A DNA stretch of 28,000 nt from Blasia pusilla (taxonomy: Eukaryota): NCBI GenBank assembly GCA_050084515.1, contig CM114271.1:49972001-50000000 (forward strand), written 5' to 3'. How positions within the stretch are numbered: the stretch's first letter is position 1; each line of letters begins with the position of its first letter. The notes beneath the pieces were generated by a model that was not told the DNA's origin, ran no database searches, and saw only the letters and a list, made by a program, of their open reading frames with translations. The position numbers and the translations under genes are program-made. This document shows, piece after piece, positions 1 to 13,690 of the stretch.

Positions 1-1189
1 GGATGAATATGTGTTCATGTCTCGAACTACAATAGATGGGATGGCCATGCATTCATCTATTCTGTGGGATGAACATGTTGGTAAGGATTCCATGAAGCAC
101 TTTAAGCCGTGGTGGGATAAGGATGCATTGAGAAAAGTCTACTCGAGTGGCGTACCGTGCTTCACTAATAATGACGTGGAAATGATGTTTAGTTGCTCTA
201 CCCCACCTATTATAGTAAAGGATGGCAGTCTAAATTTTTGAGGATGCTAAGCAATAGTTCTCAACTATGGTCCCATGAACTAAGGTATTACAAATTGGTG
301 CATGGCGCCAATCTCAATATGGCATATCCTGTTGAGAACTCTCCAACTAACTATATATTACCAAATTTTTGTGGGACAACGATTTAGAGAGCAATCAAGC
401 CCACATATAGAATTTTTCTAGGATAAAGCCTCAACCATAGGCAATAACAATGTGGATATTTATGATATCTATGGTCATAAATTGATTCATCAAACATACA
501 AAATAAAGGTTGTGTTGGTAACACAAAATATGGAACTGTACATGCTTGGACATTGAGTGTAACATAGAATGTGAAGTCGTTGAGGTTCACAAAGATAGAA
601 ATTTTCTACCTTCTTACAACTCTGGTACCCTTGTTTCTCTTGATGTAGGTGTTATTGAGGTTGAACACGTTGCCGGAATTTTCTCACCCCTAACTCAATT
701 AGTTGCATTGTCTGTAGCTTTGGAAGTAGATTAACACACTTGATAACTTAGCGTGGGTTACCCTAGTACTCCAAATAAGATAAGAATTTTTTGTTGGGAT
801 TTTGGAGTGAACATTGCAAGTACGAGGAAAATCTAGACTATGACCCAAACATAGAGGAGGCAACGTGGGAGAGTGTAACTCTTACGCTCATAAGACCACT
901 CTTGAGTTGCTCAAAGGTAGAATGCCTCGCAAGGCCTCTCCTCTTCGTTTATATACTTAGAGATATGCATAATGAATTCAAAGATAAATTCTACCTATCC
1001 TTATCCCATGTGTTCTCTTCTCATAGCATGAGAAGATTTTTTTGGATTCTAATATCCTTATCTCATCTTATCACATCTATCCCTAATTTCATTTCATCTT
1101 ACTTTTTTGCAGCATATGACCCCACTCTTATCTTTCTCTTCTTCTTTTTTTCCTTTTGTATTTTTGGCTGGTTCTTCCTACTTATTAGA

Positions 1190-2420
1190 GGAGTATTACA
1201 AGAAGAATAAGAAGATGGATGACATATAATTGCCTTCTTTTCTCGCAAGTTATTGCTAGTAGAGAAAAATACTATATAAATGAGCAAGAAGAACTTGTCA
1301 TTGCATTGGCAATCAAGCATTGGAAACACTACTTAGGCAAGAAGAAGTTTGTGGTGGAGATAGATCTCAAGCCCTTGGTCTAGTTAGAGCCCCAAATGGA
1401 GCTCTCCATTAGGCCAACTTCAATGGGCACAATGGCGATAAAAATTCACCATGAAAATTTTCTATATCAAAGGAAAGGAGTAGTTGGCGGACGCCTTGAC
1501 TCATGATCATATGTTATAGATGAATAACATGTCTGAAGTACAAATTCACTCTAGCTGGTGGAAAATGTTGATCAAAGCAACAAAAGAGGATGAAGAAATT
1601 GCAATTGCTATTCAAGAAAAAAAAAGCACATACTATTCATGGATTGGTTTTCCAGAAAGGTAAAGTATAGATCCCACAAGATCCACACTTACGCATTCAA
1701 GTATTGTCCAGGGATCACGACACAATCATTACGTATCATATAGCACTTGACAAAATCTTAGAGGGGTTACAACATGAATACTATATATTGGCCTAAATTG
1801 AGAGAAGATGTTGATATATATATATATATATATATATATAAGGATTTGTATGAGTTATCACAAAATCAAGGCTAGTAACTCAAAACCAACAAGATTGTTT
1901 TAACCCATCCTAATACCTCAATTAAAAACGTTGGGAATAAGTCACTATGGGTCTTGTTTGTGAGCTACCATGTACAATCACAAGACATGACTCTATTAAG
2001 GTCTTTGTGGATAGACTAAGCAAGATGATACACCTTTTCCAACGAAGAATACCATCAGTGCATCAAAGTTCATGGAGTTATTATACGAAAACTCTACCAA
2101 TTGTAGAGTTCTTGTACAACAATTCTATGAACTCTTCCACTAAGGCAAATGTTACACCCTTCTTTTCAATATATGGCAAACATCCCTTGATCCTTTTGAG
2201 TCTCATTTGAAGTTGGCTATTGCCCAAAATTTGCAAATGTTTATTCTCAAGATGTCGAGATTTTTTAAGGGGACAAATTTTAGTTAGCAACAACCAATTT
2301 ATCATAAGTAGGTATTTGTAAACTTAATCCTCGCTACATTGGGCCTTTCACTATCCTACAGAAATCGGGTGTCGTGGAATATAAGCTAGATCGATCGGCG
2401 TATATGAAAATCCATCATGT
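1190..2420 (+). pseudogene. Decayed Ty3/gypsy LTR-retrotransposon pol fragment (RNase H, integrase, GPY/F)
   Basis: Hand translation across stops and frameshifts gives IIAFFSRKLL..EKN, IALAIKHWKH, KKKFVVEIDLKPL and FYIKGK..LADALT (RNase H). It then gives WPKLREDVD.YI and VTMGLVCELP..RHDSIKVFVDRLSKMIH (integrase; ORF 1947-2210), EFLYNNS..TPF and KLNPRYIGPFTILQK..VEYKL (GPY/F). The RNaseH-then-integrase order is gypsy-type. Confidence 0.9.
1814..1840. repeat. (AT)n microsatellite inside the integrase remnant
   Basis: Uninterrupted AT run of 27 nt right after the GAT GTT GAT (DVD) codons, where TAT ATA (YI) is expected. Confidence 0.95.
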
Positions 2421-2441
2421 ATATAAAACTTTCTATTTTCA

Positions 2442-2499
2442 TATTTTCAATCCATAACTAATATGTGAATTATTCTCAATCCATAACTAATATATGAAT
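2442..2499. repeat. 29-bp tandem duplication (2 copies)
   Basis: TATTTTCAATCCATAACTAATATGTGAAT followed by TATTCTCAATCCATAACTAATATATGAAT (2 mismatches). Confidence 0.9.
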
Positions 2500-3341
2500 T
2501 TTCAAGTTTGCAAGGTATATCGATGCTCACCATTACCCTCTCTTGAAGTGTGACGCCTAGACTTGGACTGAAACATGATATACCTAAGCTGCAAAGTTAG
2601 GGTTGCGGGATGTGAAGTACAACAATGCCTAATGGATGGAATCCTAAGTTAGGGTGGTGGTTTGTAAACACTCATCCCATACAAAAGTCTGGGCATGTCC
2701 TTCAATGGGAGTGGAGTTAATTCAAATCGACATAGCGATAAAATTTGAGGAAAGCACAATGTTTAATTCTCATACCTCTGAAATTCATAACTCTTTGGCC
2801 AATTTACGTTTATACGAGCATGAAGAACTTGTAGGGCACCGTTACTTTAAGGATGAGGAGAAAAGAGTGTACGTACTAATCATTCATGATTGAGACATAT
2901 AGTGATTGATAAATTCAAGTGATGCACAAGTGACTCCGATATTTGCAACGGATGGACAAGAGCTAGATGTTTCCATTAACCTTAACCAAGAGTCTTTGCA
3001 ATGACCAGTATTGCTTTCCACTCGAAAAAAATACTCTCCGACAAAAAATATGAAAACCTTGAACTAAAATCGAATACTCCCCTTGAGAGGATTCTCAGCA
3101 CGTAATTATATTTCCTTCAATCTCTTAGTGAAAAAAGCAAAGTGACTTTGGCCTCTTCCATTTTCCCTTGAGCATTCATGCATTGTTGTTCAAGGAACTT
3201 CATATGATCCTTACGTTCACCAAATTTGGAGGAACCTCCATCCACTTCCTTTGATTTGAGCACTCAACAATTATTTGTATGATTTCGCAGTCCGTGTGAT
3301 CAATGGTACAATGGCATTGTTAAGACTTCCTAATGTCTCTC

Positions 3342-3429
3342 AATGTGGGAGTGGAACAATTAGACACCTTGCAAACTTTGTGTCTAATTGTTCCACTCCC
3401 ACATTACAATGTGGGAGTGGAACAATTAG
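3342..3429. repeat. Direct/inverted/direct triplication of a 22-26 bp unit
   Basis: AATGTGGGAGTGGAACAATTAGACAC (3342-3367), its exact reverse complement (3380-3405), then the first 22 nt again (3408-3429). Confidence 0.95.
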
Positions 3430-6400
3430 CATCTATGACAAAAATAAGAAAAATTGTTGCCTCATGGCCAAGGTGGCGGGTTGCATCGTTCACAACGACC
3501 TCTTTTCCTCTTTCTTTACATTCCACCATGGCCTAGATGTTCTTCCTTGTAAAATATTTGTTTGCTCTTTATGTGACATCCCTTCGGATAATCCTGACTC
3601 ATTCTTAGAATGGAATTTCTTGCTTGCCAAGCAAGAAACAAATGGAGACATTCGACATGGATGTCGAAAATCCTCTCATCTCAAATTCTGAAAAAAAAAT
3701 TCAACATCAACTAACACCATGTTTGCCACATCTATGAGTTCCAATCCTCTCCAAAGTGGGAGATTGTATAACATTTGATGTTCAAACCTCCCTTCTCTTA
3801 ACAGTGCGATTACATAATTTCAATTCTCTTGGTTACTAGAAGATGCAAGCAACATATTTGAGCTTCCCATTATCACAAACTACAAATTCTCCAATATAAG
3901 AAAAAAAAACCACATGTTTTCACCTTAGGCACATGTTTTCACTTCCCAATCATCCAAGTTCGAAATCTGACGTTTGGAGTCCATATGATCGAGTGCTTTC
4001 AAGCACATGCTACTTGCTTGCCGGAATGCCTTCCTACCTGTGATATTCATCTATATTATTATGGGAGAGTACCTTCTTGACTTGCAAACACGTCTTGGTT
4101 TGACACGTGGCAACTGGACAAGAAGAAAATGTTTCATATGCTACGAGGCAACAAGAAAAGAATTTGAAGCCCGTGAAAGGAAGAAATGAACAAAGTTCGC
4201 AAGGCTGAAATAGGTGGGAGAATGTTAAGAACATCTTACATCCTTAAACTAACCAGAGTTACTTCTCAGTTACCTCAGGTCAACTACTAAGCGTAGATCG
4301 GCTTTGGACAGTCAATGGATATGTATACAGCTAGGTGTGGGTGAACGAGTCCAACTAAGCAAACTAGATTATAAAATCTGTGGTTTAGTTACTATGATCG
4401 ATATGGGACGTGATCTAGTAAATAGCTCCTTGTAAGCATCTTAGGAGGGTGAATAAGTTCACTCAAAGTTACCCTGATTGTGCTACCCATTATTTCCGTC
4501 GTTATTCCTCCATCCTCCCCAAGCCCACTCCTCTCGAAGATGTTTCGCTGTCCATTAAATCCTTCCAAACAGCTTCAGTCGAACAACGCGGATTCCAACA
4601 ACTCTCGAACTGCCCTAAAGCGCCATTGCCTTAAAGCGCTTTAGGCTCAGGCTGTGGGAGACGCCGGCGCTAGAGGCCCACTTAGTAGTAGTCATAGCTC
4701 TCTTGTTGTTGCTGATATTGTCTCTCTTTGTTGGTGAGTTTAAATCGTTAGGGGGAATGCCCCCTTCTTCCTTTTCTGGTCCTGTTGTGGCCTTTAGGTT
4801 TTGACTCTTTGAGTCCCCCTCTTTTGTACTTCCGATAGGTTTTCCATCACTCGTTTTTATCGAAGTGCATCTTCGTTTTTAAAGCGCCGTGAACTGCACA
4901 AGGCAGCAGAGATCACGACGGCGATCGATTAATCAGCCAGTTTGAGTGGAACCCCCGACTGTGGCCGTGGAAACTGGGTAAGTCGAGTGACTGGGTTCTC
5001 CGCAGTCAAAGGCGAAACGGGAGGTCCGTAATTGCCAGGCGATTTGAGGGTTGTTGAAGTGGTAGTACGTTTGACAGGGGGGTCATAAAGTAGAGCGTCG
5101 GTTCCGATGGTTGTAAAGAGACATAGGAAGGAAAAACGTCTAGGGGGTAGGAAAGAAAGATGGGCAGATTTGTTATGATCTTCTTAGGATGGCGCAACGA
5201 CGGATTTAACGTGATTTTGAAGGTGTAGAACAATTTGTTGAAAGCAAAATGGAGAGGAGTTCATTTGGGTTTTGGAATAGGATTTCTGTTCGCTTTATCA
5301 CGAATGCTTTGTGGCTATCAATTTTATTCGGTTCTTATTGTCTACCTTTTTCTTTTTTTCTTTCATTCTTCTTTTCCGTCCCGTTTACTATAATGTCATG
5401 CATATGAGTACTTTCTCTATTCAGTGGTGTTCAAATATCTTTTCTCTCCGTTCCTTTTCCCAACTTGCCTAAACTTGAGAACCGCCATCGGTCCTTTTAA
5501 CTCTGCTAAAAGGTCCTTTATTCTAAAAGCAACTCATGTCAAATTTAGAGTGCACGGTAGGAAAGAAAACATGGGTAGTGGAATTTTCATCCATAAACAA
5601 TATTGACCACGTGTTTCTTAGTGTAAAAGGTACACCAACCTTATAACAAGAGAGTGAATGTGGATTTCCTTGGCCCTTAAAGTAAGGAGCTAAATTACTA
5701 TATATCACATGTCATGAAATTTCAACTATGTCCTCAAAATTTTCAAACATAACATACTAGACAAAGTTGGAATGAAATGGATGTCTTATTTGAAATCTCA
5801 AGTTTGACATATAAATGTCCAATAGGCTGAAAGGTAGAAGAGGAGGGAAGATTTGGTGAAGGAAATACTAACTAAAAACACCATCTATGTGGTTTGAATT
5901 AAATGTGATTTTAAAGGTTAGGGTAACATATGAAACATCCATTATGACATGTTTCATGCCCTTGAAATCACCATGTGGAAAGACCATAACTCAATCCTCT
6001 AATTATAATAGAGATTTTTCTTTCCAACTTCACATCCTCATGGCAATCTTTAGGCTTGCAAGTGTACATCCTTACATTATCTTGAGGTGAGTTTAACATG
6101 GATTACATGAGTTATTTTACCATTTTTTCCTTGGGATGGATGTTGACCTAAGTTGTTTCCCTTATACCATAAATTTTTTCATGATAGTAAATGAAAAAAT
6201 ATTAAACTTACATGATTAATGAATTAGGTTTAAATTCACCATAGATTAATTGTGACCTCAACGAGAAGATACGTGAAATTGTATGATGAAAATCAAGTCT
6301 ATTTGACATGTATACAACTAAGTTGACTTAAGTCAAATATATGTCACATACAAATTATATGATAGCATTCAGAACTTTTTTGTTCCTTATATGTAAAGAG

Positions 6401-7953
6401 AGCACTAAGAAATTTGACGTTATTTTGGTTTTAGTCCATCATGTGACCCACTGACCAAGTCAACGGTCACCCGGTAACCTGCGTGCGTTGGTAGGGCTAT
6501 TTTTGGGGGAAGAGCCTTTTGGCTCTTTCCAAGGTATAAGAGTGAGGAGGATGGCTTTCCCAAGCCATCTTTCTCATGTTGAGCCTTAGGAGCGCCTCTC
6601 TTGCATAGACGTGTGTGGATGTAGGAGTTAGGGTGCTAGCGTCCGGATTCCCTCATAGTAGAGGGTGGATGTGGTTCAATATGCCGATGTAGATTCATGA
6701 GTGGAGTTTTAGGCCGGGTGAGCCATTTTTACTACACTTAATTTTACATGAGAAAGATGTTAGGGGGCAAGTGGGAACTTGTTGTTTGCAGGTAGGAAAG
6801 CAAGTTGCCTCGGTGGGGAGCCCCTTGAGACGCGTGTGTGGCGTTTGTTTGTCATTTTTATGATTCGGAAGGTTTTGCGTGGAAGTGTTGTCCGTTTTTC
6901 TCAGATCTCGTTGGTGCGGGGCGACAAGGGACAACAGTAGAGTATAGCGCGCGGTGTGGCGGCGAGTGCTTGCAAGTGAGCATTTTCGGGGACCGGTAAG
7001 AGTGTCGAGAGAGAACATATTAGGTCACAAATTACAGCCGCCTTGAGGAGGTCGGCTAGGCTAGGTCACGAGCATTGTAGGTCAAGGAGAAATTAGGTCA
7101 CATAGTCATTAAGGGTGCGACGGTATGTAGTGTGGGAGGAGGCTCGAAGTTGAAGGGAGCGTGGACGGTCGAAGGTTATGAGTGGAGGAGCGGGGTGGGC
7201 TCAGATGAGTGAGGTCCTGCCATGTGGCGGCCAAGTAAAGGCATGGAAGTGGCTCCATAGGGAGCCACGCCCATGAGAGCACTCACGTGCATAGGGGTGC
7301 GTGCAAGGCACTTTAGAATGGAGAGCGATATCTCCAAATCCCTGAGCACTAATTGCTCCGGGCTTAGGGCCTTCCACTATTGGGAACCCCCAAGCGCCCT
7401 AACCTAACCGTTATCTCCTAATCCACTTGCAAGTCCCTAACTAATTTTTGTCCCCAGGATTACCCCGACGTGCCTTCTCTGGTCCTAGTCAGTCGACCTT
7501 TCCTCGGGATAATGTCTGGACTAGAACGCCACGGATATCCATTGTAGACATCCCCATGGCATGGGGATGTTCATGAAACTTACATGGTGACCATACCATG
7601 TACATGATCCCCATGGTAACCCATGAGGCCACATGAGAAACATCGCTCCCATGAGGCCCCAAAATGACGTTGCTCTCCCTCTTATGGGTGTGAAGCGGGA
7701 ACTTATGAATTTTTTGTACCCTGTCCAACCAATGGAAATGTATGTTGTAGATCCGTGTAAGCAACTAATGACGACCCCGGATAGAAGTTGAGTGCGATTC
7801 GACGACGGAAAATGAGTGTTCGTGGAATGGCTTTTGACAACGTCGAATGACCTCGCTCCTTCCAAAACCCTAAACCCATTTGGGTACGTTTTTTTTGGAC
7901 TACTCGTGGAATGGTTTTCCGGCGATTGCAAGGGTCCAAGCTCCAAGGAAGGA

Positions 7954-8320
7954 ATGGCTTCCCTCGCTCATTGCACCTTCTTCCATGGATGGCCTTCGTT
8001 CTCTGCAACGTTACGGCTAGGGTTGGTTGTTTCGTGCATTTCTGAGTAGACAGCTCCGACTACACACCGGGGGAGGCTGGAGTATTGGGCTCCAAGAATT
8101 GCTGCGTTTGCTGTCAAATGTCGCTCGATATCCTGTTTGCAAAGGTGAGTCCAGTTGTTTGGACTCTTTTTTCTTCAAATGCCTTCTGTCACACATTGCG
8201 GTGATGCACTCTAGAATATGTTCATGAGATGTGTCGTTGGATATTGTAGGTCAGTGCTCAACCTCATTGAAGGTCTTCTTGACGCTACGAAGAAAGGACC
8301 CAATTTTGCGAAGGCGACGG
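7954..8320 (+). pseudogene. Possible spliced gene fragment, product unknown
   Basis: ATG at 7954 (MASLAHC...) with one in-frame TAG at 8047. Donor AG/GTGAGT at 8145 and acceptor TTGTAG at 8249 keep the frame (..SISCLQR-SVLNLIEGLLDATKKGPNFAKAT); next donor at 8321 or 8335. No family recognised. Confidence 0.3.
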
Positions 8321-9192
8321 GTATGAGATGCCGAGTAAGTATGTTCATTCCTTCTCTAAATGCGGAACTCACAGAGGCTTGCAAAATTTTAGGGGGAGCT
8401 GTGTAGGGCGGTAATGCGTATACTCTCCACTTTGGAGAAGAGATATTGATCCCAAACTTACGACTCCTAATAGGAGCAGCCTCCGAATATGCAGCAACTC
8501 ACAGCGTCAAGATTTTGGTGTGATGAGAATGAAGATCCCCATAGCGGAGCGATCATAATCTGGCTGTGTAATTTGCACATTAACTCCGGAGCGATTCTCA
8601 AATTGCAAAACACAGAAACAATGAGACTCGTCTGCTGAAATCTATGGAGATTTATGAATAAGGAAATCTCGGAAAAATCGAGATTGATTGAGGTGGCTCC
8701 ATTCAGCCGATGCTTGTGCTTTGTTGTTTGTCGTTTGTAGCTATGAGAGCCGTTGTGAGGCTTTGCGTTTAGGGTGTGCTCATTGAATTCATAATTGACT
8801 GTTGACATCCGCGGTCTGTGGATTAAATCACTCTAAGATTCCAGTGGAGTTTGTTTTATCATGAATGAAATTGTCAAGCACACACATAGGAGGAGGATGT
8901 GCAAAGCCTTTTAGCCTGCCTTGGATTATCCGGTCACAATCGTTTGTAATTTTATTTTCATTCTTGTTGTCGCACTGTTGGAAATAGAAAGAAAACATGC
9001 TCAATAGTTAAATCAGTGGTCCAAGCCCTTAGAACGAGTAAGAGGTAGCCCGCAATTTCTTTCAAAACTTTGGGAAGGGGATTGGGATTGCTATTGGGAG
9101 GGGTTGTTCTATTGTGTAAGCAATATGGAGCAGTGATCACTGCCTCGCAAATAACTTTGATTAAGATTTTAGGATAGCGGGTAGAGTAATGT

Positions 9193-10197
9193 TGTCGCGC
9201 CCCTACTTTCCTTGAACGTCAATCTTTAGTGTTGCGGAAGCGTACGTTCAGTTTGTCACAAACTCATCGCCGATCTGCACCCAAACACGCACTCTCGTTA
9301 GTCGGGTCTAGGCCAACCAGCGTTCCAACCCATCGAGTCCTCAACTCGGCGTCTCATCAAGCTCACCCTTCCTTAGTTCCTAGTTTCCAAAACATGGCAA
9401 GTCCTTCAAGACTTGGAACAGACTTCCTGGTTAGTCCAGGGATCTAGAACGGCACTTGCGCGCCTAGCGATCCCAACTGTTCAACGGTCCTCGAGTGAAT
9501 TCCGAACCGAGACCCAAGTAATTGAGTCGTGGGGTGAAATCCAAGAGGGATGTCTAAAATTGCCTCAATGGACTTGGTGCAGGTTTTCCAACCCAACCCT
9601 CAAACTCGCGTTCCGTTCCATGCCCTTGAGCCGCCCCGCGGCGCCCAAAGTGGGGTTTGGGTTCCAAGCACTCTTGGAGACCTTCCCCCTTACAAGTACT
9701 TCTGGGGTTCTCCAATAACCCCCCCCCCCTTTGGAAAAAGAGGGTCGGGCCCTTCATTGTGGCCCTCAACCCGACTCCACTTACAGTCGTTTTTGGGTTG
9801 TTTCTCAGCCGCTGCTTATGCGTTTGCAGCGATCTTTGATGCGTTTGGACCGGCTCTCCAAAATCTTTCCAACGCACTCTTATTTGATCCAAACGCATCT
9901 TGGCGCTAAAAGTTATGGCCATAAATACAGTCGGAAACTCTCAAACGCTAGTGGCGTTCCAAATCCGGATCTTTCCTTTGGCAACCCACTTCCTAGACTC
10001 GACTTCTTTCAAGTCTCATTCCGCGTTTGGTCCAGGTTTCTTGGTCGCGACCATAGCATCTGAAACGCGACTCCTCGCTCGCGTCTCGTCTCTTGTCTCC
10101 TCTTTGAGACTACTCCAACGCGCAAACCATCTTAGCGTGAGCCCGCTAATGTTCTAATGTTCCGCTTGGCACTTGTTTGGTCATGAGGGTCGCGACA
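9193..10197. mobile_element. Solo LTR (1005 bp) with 5-bp TSD AATGT
   Basis: Begins TGTCGCGCCCCT and ends AGGGTCGCGACA (TG...CA, 11/12 terminal inverted match). AATGT lies at both 9188-9192 and 10198-10202. No convincing coding content, and richer in GC/CpG than its flanks. Confidence 0.88.
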
Positions 10198-10919
10198 AAT
10201 GTGGTGCTACTGCAATATGGTGTAACTACACCCTTACACCATGAATGGAAAAATTCATAGAAAAAATCATATGAGACAATTGCTATGGATGAATGAAGAG
10301 GATGAATACTGATGACACATGACTATGGTGTAGAACTTGACAACAATAAGCCAAGGAAAATATCAAGAAGTCCCACTTGATGTATTCATGAAGTTGTATG
10401 TGTCCATGTTGTTTGTGGACCACTCTCCTTAGCCACCAAGTCCTGGAATTCATCTGCATGGCTACTTTTCCAAGTGTTACAAAGTATGCTCGAGCTCTCC
10501 TGGTGCTACTGTGTTATTTCGTTGGGCTACTCTGAGTGTGTGTTATACCATCAGGCTTCTCGAAGCATGAGTAACATTGATAGTAGGAGAATAGATAGTT
10601 TAGCTATGACCTTGACCTCTGAATACTTGATTGTGATTATGCTTTTATAACACTCTTGTACTTGGAGACTCCAAGGGGTAGTTCGGATGAGAGACTGAAG
10701 GATCGTTGAGAATACAGACTCAAGGGAAGCAAGGGCAGTTGGGAACTGGTATGTTTCGTCTATTTCCCTCTCCTTCATAGCATGGATTGGTTATCAGGCC
10801 TGATGTTTGAGTACTACTCTATTGTTGAAGTGCTTATGGAAGGACTTGTGTGGTATCAGGTAGGCAATCGTAGGTCTTGGTAAATCTTCCGTCAGAGTTC
10901 AATCGTGGCAGCCACCAGT

Positions 10920-12981
10920 ATGAATCGAGTTGTGTGGGGTATTGCTCTTGGGGAGAACATATATTGGAGATACATAGAGGATGGGGAAAAGTGGATGTGC
11001 ATGCTTTGTAATTTCATCCTAAAGGCCAAAAATAAAACCAAGTGCAATCAGCACTTGATTAAAAACCACCCTGACTTGGACGAGTCATTGCTAGTCCCAC
11101 TAGAAAATCGAGGTAGGCGCGCCAATGACCTAGTGATGGGTCGTAAGAGAGAAGTGACAGATGCCCACAGAGAGAGAGAGAGCTTCTTAGGAAATCCGAG
11201 GATGCTCATAGGAGGGAGGTTAAAATCAAGAGGGAGAAATTGTACAAGTTGCGACAATTCCATTCACAGAACGGTTGAAACCTGTACATGTTCCATCGGA
11301 GAAACCTGTACAGGTTGCGACTCCGTTGTCTATGCAACGGAGTCCTCATATCCCGATAGTAGGGAAGAAGCCATCATTGGTGGCTTTGATGGAGTGTAAT
11401 TTGGTGAATTCCTTGCATATTCGCGATTGGGATGGCCTCCTAGACAGGAAACAATACCGTGAGTGCTTGGTGAGAGTTCACGATTGCCAAAATAGTAACT
11501 CCATGATGGAGCATGTAGTATATGGTTGCTTGGCAGCCATAGATAGAGCAAGTCAACAAGGTTCTAAAGACTTGATAGGGAGGGGTAAGGGTTAATTCAC
11601 ACATCTGGAGATGGTTAAGAAGTTGTGGGGAGTAGTTCAAAAAGGCGATGTTGTGTCTCTACAGGAGTTACTTGCCAAGTTTCTTGTCGAAAGAGAGGCA
11701 CAAGTCAAGCAGAGTGTTGCGTGGATAGCACGCAAGAAACAAAATCTAGTGGGTTGGCTTGAGCGAGATCAAGCCAAGTACTCTGAGTTTATGGCCATGC
11801 AACAATATGAGGAATGGTTGGCCACGAGAGATTCCAAAAAAGCAAAAGATATTTATGAGGAGAGAGTTAGTGCATTTGTTCCAAGTCAAAGGAAACATGA
11901 CAAAGACACATGATGTAAGAAGGGAAAACAAGGTTTGAAAGTGAGAGCAGAGGAGAAGGGTGGACCCTTACATAAGTCTTCGGAATCAAATAGCAGTGAT
12001 TTCCAACCCTTGCCACCTCGACGTTGTCGCTTAGGCGACGACACGGGTAAGGCTGTTAAGAGTAAAGAGGCGGGTAAGGCTTCTAATTGCAAATTACCAC
12101 AGCGTTCAACGGGCCAAAGGAAGGCTGAGACACCAAAATTGAAGGGAAAGAATGTGAGTGCAGCAGCCAAGTCCCCCTATACACGATCAAAAAGTAAGCA
12201 GCAAGACAGTAGGAGTTCCATGCATGTGGATGCCGTTCCATCAGCAAGAGAGATGGGTGTTGATGAAGCTATTCCACCAGGTGGGGGGGCTCCAAGGGTG
12301 GATCTGACTGCACCCCCAAGAGAGAGTCACTTGGTGGAACCCATTCCACCAGTTGGGGAGTCCCTCAATGCGGATGCCACTCCATCTTTGGGACTTCAGC
12401 CTAATGCAGAACTCATTTCACCAGAGGGGGGAGCCGAAAGTGTGTATGCGCAGTGTCAAGGTGATACGCCTGTGGAACCCATTCCACATACTCCATGTGG
12501 TGAGGATGGGGCGGCCATCCATCATGAAGGGGTTAGAGACAATCCACATTTGGTCAAGACAACCGGCTTTGCATTTTGCACCCCTATTCATGAAGACATG
12601 CAGATTCCTTTTGCAAATCGAGTGGCACTGGAGGATCATGAAGATGTTGATGATGACACCCTTATGAAGAAAAAACAATCCTCTAGAAAATTGAGAGCTT
12701 TGAAGAAAAAATTGGGCAAGACGTTGTTGAATGATATCAATGACAACATTAGTAGTGAGGCACCTAAACTTGGCACTCACTCACAAGTGTCCAAGGCCAA
12801 TAACGTGAAGTCCACACGAACAAGTTTGACACCTACTGTCGAGGAGTGCAGGGAATTAGGAAAGTCGAAGTTTGAAGTCCTCCAACAAATGATGAAAACT
12901 CCCCAAACCAGGAAGGCTAAACGGAAGAACAAGTACGGCCAACTCAACCTAGGAGTGGAAAAGAAGAATAAAAAGGTATAA
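10920..12981 (+). pseudogene. Disrupted gene for a BED-type zinc-finger protein with a long low-complexity C-terminal part (probable transposon accessory gene)
   Basis: YWRYIEDGEKWMCMLCNFILKAKNKTKCNQHLIKNH fits the BED finger pattern W..C-x2-C..HL-x3-H. ORFs 11275-11595, 11611-11913 and 11935-12981 follow in one shared frame separated by stops. Lies upstream of, and co-oriented with, a MULE transposase. Confidence 0.6.
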
Positions 12982-13690
12982 ATGTATGTATGAGTATGCA
13001 CTCTCTATGTGATTTTGTGATGATGGCAAGAGTCCTTGTTCTCTACCTTCAATTTTGCTCTCTTATTTTACTTTCATAATAGTTTAGCATGGATAGTAAT
13101 GATATTCCTATCTCTGATTTTTTCTGGTTTTGTCATTACAGATAGCGTAGATGGAGATGTTCCCATATTGGATATGGAAAGCTAGATTCCAGAGTCGTTG
13201 CCCTGTGGTTTCTCAGATATTTCTCTCACGGCAAAAGTATACCCTCGTTAGTTTTTGTCATTAGCGTTGTAGTTTTTGTAGTTCTCGGACCTTACCTGAA
13301 AGTAATTTTGTACAGAGGCTCTCAAAGCATCTACTAGAGGTATACAGTTGGTTCTTCACTTATACTTAAGTGACTTGCCCCATAGTAGTAGAGCTAGAAG
13401 AGGTTTAGACAACTAGGACATGTTGCCACTTGGAATACCACCACCTTGTATAGAAAGTATTTGATTCTGAATTCAAAGTGGTGGGAGTTCACAAATTTCT
13501 ATGATTCTTTTTCTTACACTACGTACGATTTGGGCAGCAAGTTCCTGAGGTTCGAGAGCAATGTAGCACGCAGGTTGGAGGGCAATCCAATTGAGTATAG
13601 TTATTCTATGAAATTCTTGTACCTTCCCATGCTTAGGAGGAAATCATTAGAACTTGGCATAGTATACATAGTAGACATAGTAACAGTTGC

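Noticed and set aside
384-790. Possible decayed gag zinc knuckle on the minus strand (FCMFDESIYDHRYHKYPHC)
   Set aside because: Too degenerate: key cysteines are missing and there is no supporting context.
2520-3900. Minus-strand coding-like remnants
   Set aside because: No family motif recognised with confidence; many stops.
4230-5400. GC-richer block resembling an LTR or 5' leader of a retroelement
   Set aside because: No matching TG...CA ends, TSD, PBS or second copy could be identified.
7548-7570. Short palindrome ACATCCCCATG-G-CATGGGGATGT in a CATG-rich patch
   Set aside because: Short and isolated; CATG enrichment is consistent with methylation-driven decay of an old repeat.
9229-10157. 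Cluster of ORFs inside the 1-kb GC-rich block
   Set aside because: They lie within the solo LTR, overlap in all frames and show no protein motifs.
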